Below, piece by piece: positions 37,493 through 44,834 of a stretch of 64,000 bases of DNA; position 1 is the stretch's first letter, and each line of letters opens with the position of its first letter. The position numbers were made by a program, and so were the translations under genes. The DNA lies in assembly GCA_963764175.1 (NCBI GenBank), contig CAVXRE010000013.1, positions 193,768-257,767 of the forward strand, written 5' to 3'. The notes under the pieces are model-generated. The model ran no database searches and was not told the origin of the DNA. It saw nothing but the letters and a program-made list of their open reading frames with translations. The stretch is from an uncultured Verrucomicrobiae bacterium. GTDB taxonomy: Bacteria; Verrucomicrobiota; Verrucomicrobiia; Limisphaerales; UBA11358.

Positions 37493-39085
37493 ATGCATTG
37501 TGTCATCGGTTCCGGTCCGGCGGGCGTCGCCTGCGCCAAGGCGCTGCTGGCGCGCGGCGCAACCGTGCTGATGCTCGATGCCGGCCTCGAATTGGAGCCT
37601 GACCGCACCCGGATCGTCCGTCAATTTGCCGAGGCGAAACCGTCCGCGTGGCAGGCGGGCGACCGTGACAGGTTGAAAGGCGGCATGGCCGCCGGCGCCA
37701 AGGGCATCCCGCTCAAGCTGGCGTTCGGCTCGGACTTTCCCTATCGCGAAACTGAAACGCACATCCCCTGGCAAGGCCGGAACACCAGCGTGCGGCCGTC
37801 GCTGGCACTCGGCGGCCTCAGCAACGTCTGGGGCGCAACCCTGCTGCCGTACCGCGACGCGGAGATCGCCGACTGGCCCGTCAAGAGCGCGCAACTGGAA
37901 AATCATTACCGCGCCGTGCTCGAACTCACAGGGCTGTCCGCGCAGCACGACGATCTGGAGGAATGGTTTCCGCTGCATTGCGACAATCCGAACGTGCTCC
38001 AGCCCAGCCGGCAGGCCGCGTTGCTGCTCCAGAACCTCGACCGCCATCGCGACGCCCTGCGCGAACGCGGCTGGCGGTTTGGCCGCGCGCGGCTGGCCGT
38101 GCGCGCCGCCGACGGCCCCCGCGGCATCGGCTGCATCCATTGCGGCTTTTGCATGTACGGCTGCCCTTACGGCTGCATTTTCAACAGCGCCGGCATCGTG
38201 CGCGAATTGCGCGCGGGGAAAAATTTCTCGTACCAGCGCGACGTCATCGTCACGACCGTGCGCGAAGATCCAGGCAAGGTTGTCATCGAAGGCTTCCACC
38301 GCCAGACGCGCGCCCCGCTTTCGTTTGAAGCGGACCGCGCGTACCTGGCTGCTGGCGTCATTCCGACCGCGCAAATTCTTTTGCGCTCCCAATCCGCCTA
38401 CGACCGGCCGCTGCGCCTGCGCGACAGCCAGTATTTTCTTTTCCCGCTCGTGCTGGCGCGCCGGTCGCCTGACGTCCAGACAGAATCGCTTTACACGCTC
38501 AGCCAGGTTTTCATCGAACTTTGCCGCCCGCAAGTCAGCCGCCACACCGTCCATCTGCAAATTTACACCTACAGCGATTTGATCGGGGAAGCGGTGCGGA
38601 AAACCTTCGGTCCGCTCGCGCGCCCGCTCGAAGGCCTGGCGCGGCGGCTCGAAGAACGCATGGTGATTGTGCAGGGCTACCTGCACTCGGACGAATCGCG
38701 GACGATTGAAATGACCCTGAAACGCGATGGCGCGGGGGATTGCCTGCACTTGAACGCGCTGCCCAATCCCGAAACGCGCCGCACGGTCAGGCGCGTTGTG
38801 CGCGAAATGCTCAAGCAATCGCGCCGGCTCGGCGGAATCGTTCTGCCGCCGATGCTGCAACTGGCCGAGCCCGGCCGCGGTTTCCACTGCGGCGGCTCGA
38901 TTCCGATGCGCGAAAATCCGCAGCCGTTCGAGAGCGATTGCCTCGGGCGTCCGCACGGCTGGACGCGCGTTCACGCGGTGGACGCGACGGTCCTGCCGGG
39001 CGCGCCGGCGACCACAATCACTTTTTCCGTCATGGCCAACGCCCATCGCATCGGCTGGGAAACCGCCGGGGAAAAAATTGGGTGA
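37493..39085 (+). CDS. GMC-family FAD-dependent oxidoreductase
   Basis: N-terminal VIGSGPAGVACA FAD loop, Cys cluster CIHCGFCMYGCPYGC and a GMC-like C-terminus (VHAVDATVLPGAPATTITFSVMANAHRIG). Confidence 0.75.
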   Translation: MHCVIGSGPAGVACAKALLARGATVLMLDAGLELEPDRTRIVRQFAEAKPSAWQAGDRDRLKGGMAAGAKGIPLKLAFGSDFPYRETETHIPWQGRNTSVRPSLALGGLSNVWGATLLPYRDAEIADWPVKSAQLENHYRAVLELTGLSAQHDDLEEWFPLHCDNPNVLQPSRQAALLLQNLDRHRDALRERGWRFGRARLAVRAADGPRGIGCIHCGFCMYGCPYGCIFNSAGIVRELRAGKNFSYQRDVIVTTVREDPGKVVIEGFHRQTRAPLSFEADRAYLAAGVIPTAQILLRSQSAYDRPLRLRDSQYFLFPLVLARRSPDVQTESLYTLSQVFIELCRPQVSRHTVHLQIYTYSDLIGEAVRKTFGPLARPLEGLARRLEERMVIVQGYLHSDESRTIEMTLKRDGAGDCLHLNALPNPETRRTVRRVVREMLKQSRRLGGIVLPPMLQLAEPGRGFHCGGSIPMRENPQPFESDCLGRPHGWTRVHAVDATVLPGAPATTITFSVMANAHRIGWETAGEKIG

Positions 39086-39087
39086 AT

Positions 39088-39146
39088 GGATTTGTGGATT
39101 GCTGGATGAATGGTTTGCTTCCACCAATCCAATAATCCAATAATCC
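39088..39146 (+). other. Long imperfect hairpin (26-nt arms, 7-nt loop) filling the GMC-SDR intercistronic gap
   Basis: GGATTTGTGGATTGCTGGATGAATGG tttgctt CCACCAATCCAATAATCCAATAATCC. About 20 of 26 positions pair, and the 3' arm contains CCAATAAT tandem units. Confidence 0.6.
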
Positions 39147-39150
39147 GACC

Positions 39151-40014
39151 ATGAAGAATGCGTGCGCCATCACCGGCAGCAATGGCTACCTGGGCGGCTG
39201 CCTCAAGAATTATTTCGCGGCGCAAGGCCGGGAAGTTTTGGAGCTGACCCGAAGCCCCGTGCCCGGCGCGCGGGCGGTGGCATTCCAGCTCGGCGCGGAA
39301 ATTTCACCGCAGGCGCTGGCCGGGGCGGACGCGCTCGTGCATTGCGCCTACGACTTTCAGCCGCTGCGCTGGGAGGAAATCCGCGCGGTGAACGTGGCAG
39401 GCACGCGAAAACTTTTTCAGGCCGCGCGCGCGGCGGGCATCGGCAAAATGATCTGCGTTTCGTCCATCAGCGCCTACGACGGCTGCCGCTCGCTTTACGG
39501 CAGGGCGAAACTGGAAATTGAGAAGATCGCGCTGGACAACGGCGCGCTGGTGATCCGGCCGGGGCTGGTTTACGGCGGCGGGCCCGGCGGGATGTTCGGC
39601 AGGCTCGTTGCGCAGGTCCGGAAGTCCTCCGTCATCCCGTTGATTGGGGACGGCTCGCAAATCCAGTTTCTCGTTCACAACGAGGATTTGGCCGGGTTCA
39701 TCGAAAAATTCACCGCCGGAAAAATTGAAATTGCGCCGCGCATTTTGACCGCGGCGCACGAGCAGCTGTGGCCGTTCCGGCAACTGCTTTCGGAAATTGC
39801 GCGAAGTCTGGATAAAAAGGTTAAATTTGTCCCGCTGCCGTGGCGGTTGATCTGGGCCGGGTTGAAGACGGCGGAGGCCTGCGGCGTGCGCTTGAATTTC
39901 CGCAGCGACAGCGTGGTGAGCCTGATGCATCAAAATCCCAGCCCGGATTTTTCGCCAAACGCGGCGGCGGGCTTGGTTTGCCGTCCGTTTGAAGCCGGGA
40001 AATTGCGACTTTAA
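39151..40014 (+). CDS. NAD-dependent epimerase/dehydratase (extended SDR)
   Basis: Rossmann loop ITGSNGYLGGCL and the catalytic YxxxK (YGRAK). Confidence 0.8.
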   Translation: MKNACAITGSNGYLGGCLKNYFAAQGREVLELTRSPVPGARAVAFQLGAEISPQALAGADALVHCAYDFQPLRWEEIRAVNVAGTRKLFQAARAAGIGKMICVSSISAYDGCRSLYGRAKLEIEKIALDNGALVIRPGLVYGGGPGGMFGRLVAQVRKSSVIPLIGDGSQIQFLVHNEDLAGFIEKFTAGKIEIAPRILTAAHEQLWPFRQLLSEIARSLDKKVKFVPLPWRLIWAGLKTAEACGVRLNFRSDSVVSLMHQNPSPDFSPNAAAGLVCRPFEAGKLRL

Positions 40015-40110
40015 GCACCGGGGACAGCACAGACGCGCGTGCCACCGCGTGAACGGCATTTCTTTCAGGGGTCTTTGCGCGGGTGACAGGGGTGCGACAC
40101 TTCCTGGTTT

Positions 40111-40308
40111 TCAGCCGCCGGTTGATTCTGGCGGTTGGTTTTTCCCGCGTCTTTCCCGCAGGCGCAGGGTGAGGGTTTCGGCCTCTTCGAGCCATTCCAG
40201 CTTCTCGCGGAAAGTGCTTTGCAGCCCCATCAACAGGACGTGTTTCCGCGCCCCTTCAAAGGTGCACCATTCCCAACCAGGATGCGCGTAAAGTTCTTCC
40301 TTAGTCAT
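40111..40308 (-). CDS. 65-aa hypothetical protein, translationally coupled partner of the nucleotidyltransferase
   Basis: Its start overlaps the upstream stop by 8 nt. It is predicted helical (STFREKLEWLEEAETLTLRLRERR) and has no known motif. Confidence 0.5.
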   Translation of the reverse strand: MTKEELYAHPGWEWCTFEGARKHVLLMGLQSTFREKLEWLEEAETLTLRLRERRGKNQPPESTGG

Positions 40309-40819
40309 TGGTCTTATTATCCCTCAGCTTTCGCACTTCTTCAAGCGCTTCAATATCGGCAAGGTCCTGGGGCCGACCGGCAGCGCGCTTCATGGCCATG
40401 AGCGATTCATATCCAACGACTGGGGCCTTGATGGTTCCCATGACCTCCTCCCACCTGGCCGAGGCAAATTCACGCGCAAAATCAAACGGTTCATAGACAA
40501 AAATGTCTATTGGCGTGCGCCGGTGAACGTCACTCCAGAGTTTGAGGACGACCATGTTTTTTTCCCTGCGCCACGTCTCCCGGGTTGCCGAATCGGCGAA
40601 AGCTTCGGGTGTCACAGGAATTGACATCCGGTAATCCAAGTTCAACAGAACGCGAAGACCTTTCACAATATTTTCCGGTTCAAGGCCGATGACGACGTCC
40701 ACATCCTTGGTAAAACGTTCATATCCGTGCGCGTTGACGGCCAGGTCGCCGACGATGAGATATTTCACCCGGGCGTCATTCAGCGCCTTGACGATGGCTT
40801 CAACGCTGCGAACTTCCAT
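40301..40819 (-). CDS. Nucleotidyltransferase-fold protein (minimal NTase, DUF-type)
   Basis: It has the NTase pattern hG[GS]x9-13Dh[DE]h (IVGDLAVNAHGYERFTKDVDVVI) and the C-terminal segment LMAMKRAAGRPQDLADIEAL. Preferred ATG at 40819. Confidence 0.65.
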   Translation of the reverse strand: MEVRSVEAIVKALNDARVKYLIVGDLAVNAHGYERFTKDVDVVIGLEPENIVKGLRVLLNLDYRMSIPVTPEAFADSATRETWRREKNMVVLKLWSDVHRRTPIDIFVYEPFDFAREFASARWEEVMGTIKAPVVGYESLMAMKRAAGRPQDLADIEALEEVRKLRDNKTND

Positions 40820-40920
40820 ATTCCGGTTCCATGTTATCGCCGGGCGGCTGGCCGGCAAGATTGAACCTGAAGACCTGAACCGATTGACCGCGGAATACAC
40901 ACGCGAAAAAATCTTTTGAC

Positions 40921-41004
40921 GCGAATTTCATGGATTAACACGAATTCATCCGGTGAAAACCAGTGCAATCCGTGTCTGATTTTCGTGTCCTTTCGTGGTC
41001 TCAA
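40921..41004. repeat. REP-like intergenic element, two inverted arms of the ACCACGRA/ACACGRA family
   Basis: The left arm cgaatttcatggattaacacgaattcat and the right arm aatccgtgtctgattttcgtgtcctttcgtggtctcaa are related in inverse orientation. They are also related to copies at 52659-52697, 60181-60218 and 61415-61433. Confidence 0.55.
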
Positions 41005-41025
41005 CTCCGGATGGTGGGGCCGGTT

Positions 41026-42213
41026 TCAGGCCGCGGGCGGCCGGCGCGAGACGGTTTTCAGGCCGAGCACGCTCATGAAAAAGCTGGAAAAAATGGTTTG
41101 CACGCCGACAACCACCAGCGTTGCCGCCGGAATCAGGCGGCGCAGGTTTTCCTCCATGGACGGCAGCAGGCCGAAGTGGGCCTGTTTCCAAAGCCACAAC
41201 GCGCGCAGAAATAAAATTATTCCCGCAAGCAAAACGGCCAGGCCGGCAACAATCCCTTTTTCGAGCGTAAAAATTTTGAAGACGCGCGTGAGTCTCGGGT
41301 CCTCCGGCAGCAGCCCCTCGGCAACGGCAAAAACTCTGGTGAAAAACGCGAACGCAACGAGCTGGAAACCCACAACGACCGCCATGCACGCCATCATGAG
41401 CGTGCCCACGTTCAACTCGATGCCGCCGATCATGATGTCATTCACCGACAGCATGGCGGCAAAAAAGGCTCCCAGCGCCGAGAGCAAAAGTCCCGGCACG
41501 AGAAACAGCCACCGCGGCGAGTAGAGCAGCATGAACCGCAAATGCCGCCAGCCGTCGCGCCACGGCTTCAGATGCGGCGGACGCGAGCGCCCGTCCGGGT
41601 GCAGCGTGATGGGCACCTCGGTGATTTTGAACTTCCGGAGCGTGGCCTTGATGACCATTTCGGAGGCGAATTCCATGCCCGTCGTCTGCAATTCCATTTT
41701 TTCAAACGCCTCCCGGGTGAACCCGCGCATGCCGCAATGAAAATCGTGCGCCGGACACTTGAAAAAAAAACGGCCGATGAATGACAGCACCGGGTTGCCA
41801 AGCCAGCGGTTTTTCCACGGCATCGCACCGGGCAAAATGGCCCCACCGCCAACCGGCAAACGGCAGCCCATGACCAATTCAAACCCCTCCTGAAATTTTT
41901 TGACGAAGCCGGTGAGTTCGGAAAAATCGTAGCTGTCGTCCGCGTCGGCCATGATGATCCATTTGCCGAGGGCGGCGCGGATGCCGCCGCGCAGTGCGCT
42001 GCCGTAGCCCTTTTCCTTCACCGGCACGACACGGACACCCATGTTTTTGGCGATGGCCTGCGAACCGTCAGTGCTGCCGTTGTCGGCGATGATGATTTCA
42101 CCGGGCACGCCGGCGCGTTGAATTCCCAGCCTTGCCTTTTCGATGCAACGGGCGATGGTTTCCGCTTCATTCAGGCACGGCATCACGATGCTCAGTTCAA
42201 CGGCTCCGGTCAC
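41026..42213 (-). CDS. GT2 glycosyltransferase with C-terminal 4-TM domain (polyprenyl-phosphate glycosyltransferase-like, GtrB/ArnC/DPM1 type)
   Basis: LSIVMPCLNEAETI, ADNGSTDGS and ADADDSYD (DxD), followed by four hydrophobic helices. Confidence 0.8.
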   Translation of the reverse strand: MTGAVELSIVMPCLNEAETIARCIEKARLGIQRAGVPGEIIIADNGSTDGSQAIAKNMGVRVVPVKEKGYGSALRGGIRAALGKWIIMADADDSYDFSELTGFVKKFQEGFELVMGCRLPVGGGAILPGAMPWKNRWLGNPVLSFIGRFFFKCPAHDFHCGMRGFTREAFEKMELQTTGMEFASEMVIKATLRKFKITEVPITLHPDGRSRPPHLKPWRDGWRHLRFMLLYSPRWLFLVPGLLLSALGAFFAAMLSVNDIMIGGIELNVGTLMMACMAVVVGFQLVAFAFFTRVFAVAEGLLPEDPRLTRVFKIFTLEKGIVAGLAVLLAGIILFLRALWLWKQAHFGLLPSMEENLRRLIPAATLVVVGVQTIFSSFFMSVLGLKTVSRRPPAA

Positions 42214-42264
42214 GCGTCAAACTTACCCAAACGCCCGGTCATTTGGCGAGTGCGGGTTTTTGGC

Positions 42265-44166
42265 TCACGGCAATTTGACCAGGTACCAGCCGGTCCCGGG
42301 GCCCGTGGCATTCAAACGCAGCGGGATTTTTTGGATGACTTGCGCGTTCATTCGCCTGACCCAGTCGTCGGGTGAACACCCAAACCAAAATTCAAAGCTG
42401 TCCGTTTTAACCAGAACGTATTCGATGCCGCGCTGTTTCAAATCCGCCGGCTGGTCGCCGGGACGGACGTGCTCGATGCGGCGTGAACCGAACGGCCGCC
42501 ACAGCGAGGTTTCCGGCGTGTCAAATGCGATCAGCCCCAAAATTTTCAAGTCCGGCGGCAGCGCCGCGCGCGCCGGCGCAAATGCGTCGTTCCGCTCGTG
42601 ATAGACGGAATACACGGCCTCGACACGCGCCAGCGACGGATGTTGTTCCGCGGCCGCATGGATTTTTTCCAAAAATACGCCGACCGGAAACAGCGGACGC
42701 GCCGGCGAGACAACCAGCAATCCCGCCGCGATCAAAAACACTGGAAGCGCCATCGCACGCCACCAATTTTTTTTGACCAGTTGTTCATGCCCGGGAAAAG
42801 CCAAAAAAAACGGGGCCAGCAGCGCGTAATAGGGCGCAAGGATGCGATCGATGGGATAAACCTCCGACTGGCTCAACAGCACCAGCAGCGAAATCCACGG
42901 CGCCAGGCGCAAGCCGGCAAGCCAGAGGGCTTCGGTGAAACCGGACGGCCAATGGCAAGGCGGACCACTGCGCCGCGCGGCGGCAGCCACGACGCTGACC
43001 AGAAAAAAAATGGTGACGCCGAAACCCAAGCCGGCGGTTTCCTCGACCTGCATTTCTTCGATGTGAAATCCGGCGGCCTGCGGTTCCACGACCGCCTCAC
43101 GCATGCGCCGGCTCAAACCGGAGGGAACGATTTTTTGGACCAGGCGATCCCATGCATTGACCGGAGGAAAAACCGGCGGCGCAAGATTTTGGACCGTGAT
43201 CAGCGCGGCATTTGCCGGGACCCGCAAAAATGGCGCGTTTCTTTGCGGCGTCCCCTCGATTTTCCAGCCCGTCCAGTCGCCGCAGAAATGCGCATTGAGG
43301 ACGGCGTTGGGCAAAAACGACGCGAAGGCCGCGATGGCGCAAACCGCCGCCGTTTTCAATGGCCGCCGCAACATTAATCCCGGCGAAGGAAGGATGGCAA
43401 TGGCCCACGGCAGCAGCAACGGCAGGTTGCTGGTTTTGGCGCTGGTCATCATCGCCGCCGCCAGGATCGAAACAAAAATATTGCGCGCGGACCGGGATTT
43501 TTTTGCGCGCAGCGCAAAATCAATCGCCGCCAGCGCAAATGGCGCGCCGAACAAATCGCTGCCGATGCTCCCCGCCTGCAATAAAAAGCAATAGCCGGTC
43601 GGGACAATCCACATCCAATGCCAGGCTGTGCGCCGGCGCACGCCGAGCCGCGTGAACACGCTGAACACCAGGCCCGGCAGCAGCAGAAATGAAACAACAT
43701 TGATGAGAAACAGCTCCCGGTCGGTTCCCAGCAGCGCGACGAACGGCGCGGAAACCCATTCGATGCCGCAGGAACGGTCATTCAAGCGGTCGAAAATGGT
43801 GTGAATCCAGTGCCATTGTCCCGCCGCGAGCCAGTGCAGCACGCGTGGGATGCGATAAGCCAGCGCATCATAATTTGTCGGCGGATATAGCGCGCCGCCC
43901 AAAAATGCCAGAGCCGCCAGAATCAAAAACACCAGGGGGAAAGGCCGCCGGAAACGGCGGCGGAATTTTTTCAGGCGCGCCCGGGGCAACATTTGCGCGG
44001 ACGTTCTTTTCCTCCAAACGCAAAGGACGCTGAACCCAATCAGCAGCGCAACCACATAGCCGCCGGGGTTCAGCTCGTGAACCGCGGAGAGCGCCCAGCC
44101 CGCGCAATTGAGATACGCGCAAAACCAGACCCAGAGGAGCACGACAGTCGGCATTTTGCCGGCCAT
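42265..44166 (-). CDS. Large polytopic membrane protein, putative GT-C-fold glycosyltransferase (paralog 2)
   Basis: 633 aa. It is colinear with 20278..22182 over the full length (for example NYDALAYRIPRVLHWLAAGQWHWIHT against NGDSDAYRIPRVLHWLGQNQWHWIHT). Confidence 0.6.
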   Translation of the reverse strand: MAGKMPTVVLLWVWFCAYLNCAGWALSAVHELNPGGYVVALLIGFSVLCVWRKRTSAQMLPRARLKKFRRRFRRPFPLVFLILAALAFLGGALYPPTNYDALAYRIPRVLHWLAAGQWHWIHTIFDRLNDRSCGIEWVSAPFVALLGTDRELFLINVVSFLLLPGLVFSVFTRLGVRRRTAWHWMWIVPTGYCFLLQAGSIGSDLFGAPFALAAIDFALRAKKSRSARNIFVSILAAAMMTSAKTSNLPLLLPWAIAILPSPGLMLRRPLKTAAVCAIAAFASFLPNAVLNAHFCGDWTGWKIEGTPQRNAPFLRVPANAALITVQNLAPPVFPPVNAWDRLVQKIVPSGLSRRMREAVVEPQAAGFHIEEMQVEETAGLGFGVTIFFLVSVVAAAARRSGPPCHWPSGFTEALWLAGLRLAPWISLLVLLSQSEVYPIDRILAPYYALLAPFFLAFPGHEQLVKKNWWRAMALPVFLIAAGLLVVSPARPLFPVGVFLEKIHAAAEQHPSLARVEAVYSVYHERNDAFAPARAALPPDLKILGLIAFDTPETSLWRPFGSRRIEHVRPGDQPADLKQRGIEYVLVKTDSFEFWFGCSPDDWVRRMNAQVIQKIPLRLNATGPGTGWYLVKLP

Positions 44167-44260
44167 TTCTATGCCGCGCCCGCTCTGAAATCAATCTAAT
44201 TGCTTTGCTGAAGCCGCGCCCTGCGGGCGGCGTTTGATTTAAGGTTTGCGCCCGCGCACA

Positions 44261-44295
44261 AAATCGTAAATCGTCAATCGCAAATCATAAATTCA
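44261..44295 (+). repeat. Five tandem heptamers (AAATCGT AAATCGT CAATCGC AAATCAT AAATTCA) ending 2 nt before the yajQ ATG
   Basis: Read directly from the sequence. Confidence 0.7.
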
Positions 44296-44297
44296 AC

Positions 44298-44783
44298 ATG
44301 CCTTCATTCGACATCGTTTCGCAGGTCAACTCGATGGAAATCGAGAACGCCGTCAACCAGGCCAAGAAGGAACTGGCCAACCGTTTCGATTTCAAGAACA
44401 GCAAATGGGAAATCGTGCTTGAAAAAAACGAAATCAAGCTCACCGCCGGGGACCAGTTCAAGGTCACCACGCTCAACGAAATCGTCATCGGCCGGCTCGC
44501 CAAGCGCGCCATCAGCTTAAAAAGCGTGGAGCAGTGCGAACCGGACATTTCGCCGCTCGGCCACGCTCGGCAGAGCATCAAAATCAAGCAGGGCATCGAA
44601 TCCACCATCGCCAAACAGATCACCGGCTTCATCCGCGACGGCAAGTTCAAGGTGACGACGCAGATCCAGGGCGATACCGTCCGCGTGACCGGCAAAAGCC
44701 GGGACGAACTGCAAACCGTCATCGGGGCCGTGCGCGCGAAGGAATTTCCCGTGCCCGTCCAGTTTGTGAATTTCAGGGATTAA
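44298..44783 (+). CDS. yajQ: YajQ-family (UPF0234) nucleotide/c-di-GMP-binding protein
   Basis: 161 aa. MPSFDIVSQVNSMEIENAVNQAKKELANRFDFK and the C-terminal VQFVNFRD match the YajQ family pattern and length. Confidence 0.9.
   Translation: MPSFDIVSQVNSMEIENAVNQAKKELANRFDFKNSKWEIVLEKNEIKLTAGDQFKVTTLNEIVIGRLAKRAISLKSVEQCEPDISPLGHARQSIKIKQGIESTIAKQITGFIRDGKFKVTTQIQGDTVRVTGKSRDELQTVIGAVRAKEFPVPVQFVNFRD
44743..44783 (+). repeat. Left copy of a 41-nt direct repeat (11 identical + 13 divergent + 17 identical nt) = 3' end of yajQ
   Basis: AATTTCCCGTG-cccgtccagtttg-TGAATTTCAGGGATTAA. Its partner is at 51219..51259. Confidence 0.8.
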
Positions 44784-44834
44784 CAAACCAGTTCGCGACG
44801 CCGGATTTTTTCATGGCGTCATCATGCCGCGCAA

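Noticed and set aside
37469-39127. 552-aa minus-strand ORF antisense to the GMC oxidoreductase
   Set aside because: It has no motifs, whereas the plus-strand frame has an FAD loop and a GMC C-terminal signature. The ORF also reads through the leader repeats and the hairpin.
40916-41524. 202-aa plus-strand ORF (MTRISWINTNSSGENQCNPC...) and the similar 52427..52786 ORF
   Set aside because: They start inside REP-like repeats and then run antisense to well-supported genes. The peptide 'words' are simply translations of the repeat.
44261-44295. Tandem repeats here and at 37460, 52661 and 52751 as possible CRISPR arrays
   Set aside because: The units are 7-10 nt with no spacers, and no cas genes are present. 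These are microsatellite-like leader repeats, not CRISPR.
44784-44834. Hairpin GACGCC-ggattttttcat-GGCGTC between yajQ and the SGNH-like gene as a bidirectional terminator
   Set aside because: The stem is only 6 bp, the T-run lies inside the loop and there is no U-tract after the stem on either strand. The evidence is too weak to annotate.
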